From assembly GCA_028693335.1 (NCBI GenBank), contig JAQUVR010000054.1, forward strand, positions 1 through 5,001: 5,001 nucleotides of DNA. The letters are read 5' to 3'. Position 1 is the first letter of the stretch; every line of letters starts with the position of its first letter. The notes below the pieces were generated by a model. The model saw only the letters and a list, made by a program, of their open reading frames with translations, did no database searches and was not told where the DNA came from. Shown one piece after another: positions 1-4,849 of this stretch. A program made the translations under genes and the position numbers. This DNA is from Candidatus Iainarchaeum sp. GTDB taxonomy: Archaea; Iainarchaeota; Iainarchaeia; Iainarchaeales; CSSED10-239.

Positions 1-12
1 CTCTTCCGATCT
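1..12. other. Illumina adapter 3' tail (CTCTTCCGATCT); technical artefact marking a contig or read end
   Basis: The window opens with ctcttccgatct. This is identical to the last 12 nt of the TruSeq-type adapters (...GCTCTTCCGATCT). Confidence 0.75.
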
Positions 13-13
13 A

Positions 14-694
14 ACAGTAATTGATCCGTTGTTTTTAATATTAATACCTTTTATTGCAGGATTAGTATTTTTCTTTTCATTATTAGCATTTTCATATTTG
101 GGGCCAATGCAAAAAGCTAAACAAAGAGGTATTCAAATAGATACTGAGCTCCCTTATGCGCTTAGACATTTAGCAACAGAACTTCAAGCAGGTATTGGTC
201 TTTATAAAACATTACAATCAATTGCAAAGAATGATTATGGTTTATTATCAGATGAATTGAGTAGAACTATTATTGAAATAGAAAATGGAACTGACACAAA
301 AACTGCTCTAAGACACACAGCTCTAAGAAGCCAATCTAAGAATTTTAATGTTGCATTGTTTCATATTATTAGAACATTAAATACAGGTGGTAATTTAGCA
401 CAAAGTATTGATAGTGTTGCAGAAACAGTTTCATTTGATTTAATGGAGTCTGCTAAACAATTTGGAGAAAAAATGAATTTTTTTGGAATTATCTTTATCT
501 TCATAGCAATTGTTCTACCAGTATTTTTAGCAGTATTATCTGCAATTGCAAATGCCCCAATTGGTCAAAATGGTGATCTGTTTTTACCAGGCGTTTTGGG
601 ACCACAATTACTAGCCATTATTTATTTGGTTGTTTTACCAATAATATTAGGCTTTATATCATTTTACATAAAAATTATTGAACCAAAAACATAG
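14..694 (+). CDS. Type IV filament membrane platform protein with a single T2SSF domain (TadB/TadC/FlaJ-like), 5'-partial
   Basis: The frame is open from the window edge (codons at 2, 5, 8...) to TAG at 692-694. The track start (TTG 29) is only the first start-like codon. The core LPYALRHLATELQAGIGLYKTLQSIA...LSDELSRTIIEIENGTDTKTALRH...IIRTLNTGGNLAQSIDSVAETV matches the T2SSF (PF00482) pattern lPdaL..la..l.aG.sl..AL......l..E......l..G.....AL.........Gg.la..l..la. It is flanked by one N-terminal and two C-terminal hydrophobic helices. The downstream paralog has two TM helices before the domain, so the N-terminus here is probably lost at the contig edge. Confidence 0.85.
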   Translation, partial: TVIDPLFLILIPFIAGLVFFFSLLAFSYLGPMQKAKQRGIQIDTELPYALRHLATELQAGIGLYKTLQSIAKNDYGLLSDELSRTIIEIENGTDTKTALRHTALRSQSKNFNVALFHIIRTLNTGGNLAQSIDSVAETVSFDLMESAKQFGEKMNFFGIIFIFIAIVLPVFLAVLSAIANAPIGQNGDLFLPGVLGPQLLAIIYLVVLPIILGFISFYIKIIEPKT

Positions 695-696
695 GT

Positions 697-1605
697 GTGA
701 TTAAATTGAATCTTTTAGACAAATATCAAATATATCTTTATTCCATAAAAATTAAGGTGCCTGCATTTTATTGGATTGCAACATTCTTTTTATTATCTGT
801 AATTGCCGGTGCATTAGTTTATTTAGTTTCATCTAGTGCTAAATTTGCAATTTTGTTTTTTACTGTTGTTTTAGATCTTGGTCTTGGTATTCCAATGTTT
901 TTATACAATAAACATATTGAAGATATTGAACATTTTTGGCCAGATGCATTAAGATTAATTGCAGACACTATGAAAGCAGGAACATCTTTTGATTATGCAT
1001 TAAGAGAAGTTGCATCTGCAGATTTTGGTCCATTATCTTTTGAATTTAACGAGGTTGTTAGAAGATTAGAGATGGGTGACACCACAAATGAAGCTCTTGG
1101 TCATCTTTCTATTAGAGTAGAATCTAAAATTGTTAAAAGAACAGTTACAATTATTCAAGAATGTTTAAGAACTGGTGCTCAGTTAGCAGATGTTTTGGAT
1201 GAAATTGCTAATGATACAAAATATATGTATAGAATAAAAGTTGAAAGACAAACAAAAACTATGCTTCAAACAATATTTATTTTTGCTGCTGGTGGTATAA
1301 TTGCTCCATTTATTTTTGGATTGACTAGTATAATTACTCAGTTTTTAACTACGGTTGCAACAGAATCTGGTGTTGCAAATCCTGCATCTATGGCAATTGC
1401 TGCAACATCTCAGGCAACAATTATGTTGCTTTTAGATATTTATGTTATGATTGAGGTTGCAGCCGCATCTATTATGATAAGTTTAATGAGAAGTGGAAAA
1501 ATAAGTGGTGCTTTTATTTATTTTCCAGTTATGTTGACTGTTGCATATTTAGTGTATACCTTATCTCAGTTTGTTTTAAAACAAATGTTAATAACTATGG
1601 TGTAA
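697..1605 (+). CDS. Type IV filament membrane platform protein with a single T2SSF domain (TadB/TadC/FlaJ-like), second copy
   Basis: 302-aa ORF. The core WPDALRLIADTMKAGTSFDYALREVAS..FGPLSFEFNEVVRRLEMGDTTNEALGHL...IIQECLRTGAQLADVLDEIANDT is a second T2SSF-type domain. There are two predicted TM helices before it and about three after it. The start is GTG 697 (2 nt after the upstream stop, overlapping AGGTG at 693-697) or TTG 706. The stop is TAA at 1603-1605. Confidence 0.88.
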   Translation: MIKLNLLDKYQIYLYSIKIKVPAFYWIATFFLLSVIAGALVYLVSSSAKFAILFFTVVLDLGLGIPMFLYNKHIEDIEHFWPDALRLIADTMKAGTSFDYALREVASADFGPLSFEFNEVVRRLEMGDTTNEALGHLSIRVESKIVKRTVTIIQECLRTGAQLADVLDEIANDTKYMYRIKVERQTKTMLQTIFIFAAGGIIAPFIFGLTSIITQFLTTVATESGVANPASMAIAATSQATIMLLLDIYVMIEVAAASIMISLMRSGKISGAFIYFPVMLTVAYLVYTLSQFVLKQMLITMV

Positions 1606-1618
1606 AAGAGGAAATAAA

Positions 1619-1798
1619 ATGAAATTAAGTTCAATTATTAAAGATGACAAAGCACAAGTATCTTTGGAATTTTTATTAATTTTAGGAGTTGTAGTTTTAG
1701 TAGCATTAATTGTTGGTTTTTATTTAAAGCAAACATCTGCAAATCAAGCAAACAAAGTTACAGAATATCAACAAAAAAGTACACAAGGAAACAACTAA
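1619..1798 (+). CDS. 59-aa mini-prepilin with a class III signal peptide (Flp-like, no globular head)
   Basis: Not in the ORF track. ATG 1619 is preceded by GAGG (1608-1611, 7-nt spacer). Translation: MKLSSIIKDDKA|QVSLEFLLILGVVVLVALIVGFYLKQTSANQANKVTEYQQKSTQGNN, ending at TAA 1796-1798. It carries the QxSxEFxxL motif of the archaeal class III signal peptide family (PF04021), followed by a helix of about 22 hydrophobic residues and a short polar tail. Confidence 0.85.
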   Translation: MKLSSIIKDDKAQVSLEFLLILGVVVLVALIVGFYLKQTSANQANKVTEYQQKSTQGNN

Positions 1799-1821
1799 TC
1801 ATCAGATTTAAGCAGATGATT
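1797..1821 (+). terminator. Weak hairpin overlapping the stop codon of the mini-pilin gene
   Basis: aatcatc (1797-1803) pairs with gatgatt (1815-1821) across an 11-nt loop, followed by ttaattt. The stem is short and AT-rich, so function is uncertain. Confidence 0.3.
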
Positions 1822-1839
1822 TAATTTGAAAAACAAAAT

Positions 1840-1934
1840 AGAAAACTATATAAATGTATTAGATATATATTAATATATTTAAAAAATAATTTTTAATAAA
1901 AAAATAAAATTTAAATAAATTGGAGGAAAATAAC
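1840..1934 (+). promoter_or_regulatory. AT-rich promoter/leader region of the first large pilin gene (TATA-like boxes plus GGAGG ribosome-binding site)
   Basis: This lies in a 136-nt non-coding gap, the largest in the window. TATA-like elements are tatataaa (1847-1854), ttttaataaa (1891-1900) and tttaaata (1910-1917). GGAGG at 1922-1926 sits 8 nt before ATG 1935. In DNA this AT-rich, the active TATA box cannot be chosen from sequence alone. Confidence 0.45.
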
Positions 1935-2441
1935 ATGTTTAGTAAAAAGAAAGGACAAGGTGCACTTGAATACCTATTATTGATCGGTGGTGCAGTATTA
2001 ATCGCTGTTATTGTTATTGCATTATTAGTTGGAATGGGTGGTCAAAGTAGAGACACCGCAAAAGAACAAGCTGATAGAGTACAACAAGCAACAGATGTTC
2101 CACAACCTGCACAGATCGTTTCCGTTGCGGCTGCATATGCAAACTGTAACACAACTACAGGGGTAGCACAAATAGATGTTTTCTGGAGACCATTAGGTGA
2201 AGGCGGAAGTCATGAATTAAAAGTTTTAGATTCTAGAAACATAGAACAACAAATTAAAATAGGTACTAATGCTTATGGAGATTCAATGACATTAAATCCT
2301 AATGAATTGGATATACTAAATATTGATGTAAATATTACAACAGCAGGAAAATGTGGAGATTCTTACTACGTACAAATCATAACTGAAAAGAATAACCAAA
2401 CAGTTCCATCATCAAGATACAAATTTAGTTGGTCTAACTAA
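1935..2441 (+). CDS. Prepilin with class III signal peptide and C-terminal beta-sandwich (FN3/Ig-like) domain; candidate major pilin
   Basis: ATG 1935 is preferred over the track's TTG 1920, because that TTG overlaps the GGAGG RBS. N-terminus: MFSKKKG|QGALEYLLLIGGAVLIAVIVIALLVGMGG (basic leader, Q+1, E+5, Y+6, long hydrophobic helix). The C-terminal ~110 aa shows alternating beta-strand patterns: PAQIVSV..., IDVFWRP, HELKVLD, YYVQIITE, RYKFSW. It has 2 Cys and 3 N-x-S/T sequons (NTT, NIT, NQT). The stop is TAA at 2439-2441. Confidence 0.9.
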   Translation: MFSKKKGQGALEYLLLIGGAVLIAVIVIALLVGMGGQSRDTAKEQADRVQQATDVPQPAQIVSVAAAYANCNTTTGVAQIDVFWRPLGEGGSHELKVLDSRNIEQQIKIGTNAYGDSMTLNPNELDILNIDVNITTAGKCGDSYYVQIITEKNNQTVPSSRYKFSWSN

Positions 2442-2444
2442 AGG

Positions 2445-2480
2445 AATATAGATTAATTTCTATATTTTTTTTATTTTTTT
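2445..2480 (+). terminator. Hairpin plus oligo-T transcription terminator downstream of the first large pilin gene
   Basis: A perfect 8-bp stem, aatataga (2445-2452) with tctatatt (2459-2466), has a 6-nt loop ttaatt. It runs directly into T8 (2465-2472), then A, then T7 (2474-2480). Oligo-T tracts are the established archaeal termination signal. Confidence 0.55.
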
Positions 2481-2531
2481 ATATTTATAGTTTTAAATCT
2501 AAGTTAAAAATATATTTTATCTTTTAAAAAA
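2481..2531 (+). promoter_or_regulatory. Putative promoter region of the second large pilin gene
   Basis: This AT-rich gap follows the terminator. aaaaatatatttt (2506-2518) resembles a purine-rich BRE plus TATA box and lies about 20-30 nt upstream of the GTG 2532 / TTG 2541 candidate starts. No clear Shine-Dalgarno site is present, so the mRNA may have a short leader or none. Confidence 0.3.
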
Positions 2532-3020
2532 GTGATCTATTTGAAAATACAAAAACTTCTTTCTAAAAAAGGACAAAGCGCCTTAGAATATTTATTGATT
2601 ATTGGTGGTGTTTTAGTAATTGCTGTTGTTGTAATTACATTAATTATGACTACTGGTAGATCTAATACTGAAAAATTAAATGAATCAGAGCAACAACATT
2701 CACAGTTGATTGATAGCACAATAATTCCACCTATGATTCTTAATGTTAATTGTTTTGAAGCAACAAATCAAATAATAATAACTTATAATAAATCTAGTAC
2801 TACTGGAATTGAAAACTATTGTTTGGTATTTAATGATACTATCAAAAATAGTCTTTGTTTACCACCAGTTGATGGGGTTAGTGAATTAACATTTACTGAT
2901 GCTGTAAAAAATCACTATGATTTAGTATCTGGTGAAAGATATAAGATTTCATTAGTTGCAAAAAGAGGAGAATATACTTCTCAACCAGCATTACCAAGTC
3001 CAACTTGTGTTGCTAACTAA
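2532..3020 (+). CDS. Prepilin with class III signal peptide and C-terminal beta-sandwich (FN3/Ig-like) domain; paralog of 1935..2441
   Basis: N-terminus: (MIYL)KIQKLLSKKG|QSALEYLLIIGGVLVIAVVVITLIMTTG, nearly identical in pattern to the upstream pilin. There is no in-frame ATG; the start is GTG 2532 or TTG 2541 (an in-frame stop lies at 2505-2507). The C-terminal domain is diverged (PPMILNVNCFE, QIIITYNKS, NYCLVFND, ELTFTD, GERYKISLVAKRG), with 4 Cys and 3 sequons (NES, NKS, NDT). The stop is TAA at 3018-3020. Confidence 0.88.
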   Translation: MIYLKIQKLLSKKGQSALEYLLIIGGVLVIAVVVITLIMTTGRSNTEKLNESEQQHSQLIDSTIIPPMILNVNCFEATNQIIITYNKSSTTGIENYCLVFNDTIKNSLCLPPVDGVSELTFTDAVKNHYDLVSGERYKISLVAKRGEYTSQPALPSPTCVAN

Positions 3021-3043
3021 ATTTAATTAAAATTGTAAAGATT

Positions 3044-3223
3044 ATGAATAAAATTATCTCAGATCAAAGAGCTCAAATATCTGTTGAATATTTAATTTTG
3101 ATTGTCTTTGGTATGATGCTTGTAATTACAACAGGAATAATTGTAATAAATATTAATACATTAATTGCTGTTGCAAAGTCAAAGATATTAGCATATAGAG
3201 ATAATATTATTTCTAGTTTATAG
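3044..3223 (+). CDS. 59-aa mini-prepilin with a class III signal peptide (Flp-like, no globular head), second copy
   Basis: Not in the ORF track. ATG 3044 to TAG 3221-3223. Translation: MNKIISDQRA|QISVEYLILIVFGMMLVITTGIIVININTLIAVAKSKILAYRDNIISSL. It has the QxSxEYxxL motif, a hydrophobic helix and a short amphipathic tail. It is the same length as the mini-pilin at 1619..1798. Confidence 0.82.
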   Translation: MNKIISDQRAQISVEYLILIVFGMMLVITTGIIVININTLIAVAKSKILAYRDNIISSL

Positions 3224-3232
3224 TAGAAAAAC

Positions 3233-4360
3233 ATGCTTAGTTATTTTAATATTATAATATTTTTTGTTTTGCTTATTTTTTTATTGTTAGCTACTTATTT
3301 TGATCTAAAAAAAAGAATAATACCAAACAAATTAATTTTAATTTTTTTAATGGTGTCTGTACTTTTGTTGGTTATTAGGTTTTGTCTGTCATTTTCATAT
3401 TCTTTTTTGTTTAACAATTTACTTTCAATTTTAATAACTTTTTTAATCTGTTTTTTATTGTGGGAATTTGGGGTTATTGCTGGTGGAGATCTCAAATTAT
3501 TTTTTGTAGTTTCTATTTTGTTACCATATAATTTATCCTTATTTTCAAATCTATCTAATTTTTCTCTTAATTATTCTTTTTTAAAATATCCAATTTTTGC
3601 AGTTATTTTATTATTAGCTAGTTTTTTTATGTTATTACCATATATATTATCTTATTCGTTATTAAATTTATTTTATAAAAAAAATCTCTTATTTTTAAAG
3701 AAAGAATTTTTTAATAGGATTAACCTTAATAACATATTCTATTGTGCAGTATCATTATACTTAATTTCTTCGATTTTAAATTTATTTAATGCCAGCATAA
3801 ATTTTTTTATTTTGTTCTTTTGTTCTTTTGTGTTTTATTATTTGATTTTATTATTAAAAAAAAAGCGGTTATCATATTTTTTTGGTTTTTTAACTGTGGG
3901 TTACGTGTTTTTATTAATTGCAACATTTATTACAAAAAAACAGTTATTTTCATTTATTGATCTTTTGATTATTTTGTGTGTAACTTTTGGTGTGTCTTTG
4001 TTTCTGTTTTTATTAAAATTAATAAAAACTAATGTTTTGACAACAGAAACGGAATTAAGTAAATTAACTGAAGGTGCAGTATTATCTAATAACTATTATT
4101 ATGATTCTAAGAAAAATACATTGCTTGTAGAAAAAATTAATTTTTTTAATCATTTAAAAAGATTAGTTATGGGGACCTATTACACTAATTTAAAAATTGA
4201 TTCTAACAAGGCCGGTGGTTTAACTTCTCAAGACATCGCTTTTTTAAATACTATGTATAAAAATAATTTAATAAGCAGTAAAATATATATAAAAAAAACA
4301 CTGCCATTTATGCCAGTTGTTTTAATAACATTTATAATTTTGAATTTTATAACATTTTAA
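3233..4360 (+). CDS. Archaeal prepilin/preflagellin peptidase (MEROPS A24, GxGD aspartyl protease; FlaK/PibD/EppA-like) with a long C-terminal extension
   Basis: 375-aa polytopic membrane ORF. The first catalytic Asp context is ATYFD24LKKRIIPNKL (gat 3302-3304). The second is IAGGD86LKLFF (gat 3488-3490), i.e. the GxGD motif, with 62-aa spacing typical of FlaK/PibD-type enzymes. The terminal helix begins LPFMPVV, resembling the conserved (I/L)PFxP of A24 peptidases. An uninterrupted 1.1-kb ORF in DNA this AT-rich is itself strong coding evidence. Confidence 0.88.
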   Translation: MLSYFNIIIFFVLLIFLLLATYFDLKKRIIPNKLILIFLMVSVLLLVIRFCLSFSYSFLFNNLLSILITFLICFLLWEFGVIAGGDLKLFFVVSILLPYNLSLFSNLSNFSLNYSFLKYPIFAVILLLASFFMLLPYILSYSLLNLFYKKNLLFLKKEFFNRINLNNIFYCAVSLYLISSILNLFNASINFFILFFCSFVFYYLILLLKKKRLSYFFGFLTVGYVFLLIATFITKKQLFSFIDLLIILCVTFGVSLFLFLLKLIKTNVLTTETELSKLTEGAVLSNNYYYDSKKNTLLVEKINFFNHLKRLVMGTYYTNLKIDSNKAGGLTSQDIAFLNTMYKNNLISSKIYIKKTLPFMPVVLITFIILNFITF

Positions 4361-4371
4361 AACGTGTAAAT

Positions 4372-4842
4372 ATGAATAAAAAAATTAAAGGTCAAATCTC
4401 TGTAGAATTTATTGTTTTATTAGCTATATTTATGTTGTTTTTTCAAGCAACAATTTTACCTACAATAGAATTCTCTGAAAATATTATTAAAGATACTTAT
4501 AATTTAAGTAAAACTAGTGATAGCGTATCAAGATTAGCAACCCACATAGAAAATTTTTCAAATAGTTCTGGTTTTGGAAGAAGAAGCATATTTTTTTATT
4601 TACCAGATACTGCAATAATTTCTGCGTGTGATTATGATTCCGGAAACCCCGTTATAAAATACAATGTGACAATATCTAAGCAAAGACCAATACCATTAAC
4701 TTGTAATGATCAAGGGGTTTGTAATTTTGTAAAAAAAATAGAATCAGATACCCCAATATCTTGTGAAGTAATTGGTCCAGGGTTTTCTGGTGCAATTATC
4801 TTAGAAAAATCAGAAACTGGTCAAATAATTATAAAAAAATAG
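4372..4842 (+). CDS. Class III signal peptide protein (minor pilin-like, Cys-containing globular domain)
   Basis: N-terminus: MNKKIKG|QISVEFIVLLAIFMLFFQATILP, with the QxSxEFxxL motif. The C-terminal ~125 aa has 4 Cys (SACDY, LTCNDQGVCNF, ISCEV) and 4 sequons (NLS, NFS, NSS, NVT). The gene runs from ATG 4372 to TAG 4840-4842 and starts 11 nt after the peptidase stop. Confidence 0.85.
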   Translation: MNKKIKGQISVEFIVLLAIFMLFFQATILPTIEFSENIIKDTYNLSKTSDSVSRLATHIENFSNSSGFGRRSIFFYLPDTAIISACDYDSGNPVIKYNVTISKQRPIPLTCNDQGVCNFVKKIESDTPISCEVIGPGFSGAIILEKSETGQIIIKK

Positions 4843-4849
4843 ATTTATT

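Noticed and set aside
690-700. Split platform genes as a pseudogenised, nonsense-interrupted two-domain FlaJ
   Set aside because: The downstream ORF is in a different frame from the upstream one. It has its own start codon next to an AGGTG and two TM helices of its own before the domain. The two T2SSF domains are deeply diverged. An assembly frameshift cannot be fully excluded without reads.
1920-1934. TTG 1920 as the start of the first large pilin (track model MEENNMFSKKKGQ...)
   Set aside because: The TTG overlaps the GGAGG (1922-1926), which is ideally spaced for ATG 1935. An acidic MEENN extension is atypical for the short basic leader of class III signal peptides.
2537-2719. 60-aa minus-strand ORF from the track
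   Set aside because: It lies entirely antisense to the N-terminal part of the strongly supported pilin gene 2532..3020. Its translation is Cys/Ile-rich low-complexity sequence with no recognisable motif, start context or SD.
1935-3020. Interpretation of the large subunits as archaellins (motility) or as bacterial type IVa pilins
   Set aside because: The N-termini lack the bacterial G|F(T/S)LIE motif and instead carry the archaeal QxxxE[FY] class III form. The proteins are shorter than typical archaellins, and no FlaC-H-type accessory genes are present. Motility cannot be formally excluded, because the upstream part of the locus is missing.
3018-3043. Near-palindromic AT-rich spacer (taaatttaattaaaattg) between the second large pilin and the second mini-pilin
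   Set aside because: The palindrome is imperfect and made only of A/T in a 23-nt gap. It is indistinguishable from chance in this composition, and no T tract or stem of useful stability is present.
3295-3495. 66-aa minus-strand ORF from the track
   Set aside because: It is antisense to the catalytic core of the A24 peptidase gene, spanning both Asp motifs. The K/N-rich product is the expected mirror image of a Phe/Leu/Ile-rich membrane gene in AT-rich DNA.
3811-3834. Imperfect 8-nt tandem repeat (tttgttct tttgttct tttgtgtt)
   Set aside because: It is low-complexity coding sequence for a hydrophobic helix (ILFFCSFVF) and is too short and degenerate to be a meaningful repeat element.
3233-4360. 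A8-A9 and long T homopolymer runs inside the peptidase gene (e.g. 3306-3313, about 3855-3863, about 4290-4297) as phase-variation slippage tracts
   Set aside because: They encode in-frame Lys (AAA) and Phe (TTT) runs at loop/TM boundaries, as expected for a membrane protein in a very AT-rich genome. The ORF is intact, and there is no evidence of alternative frames giving functional products.
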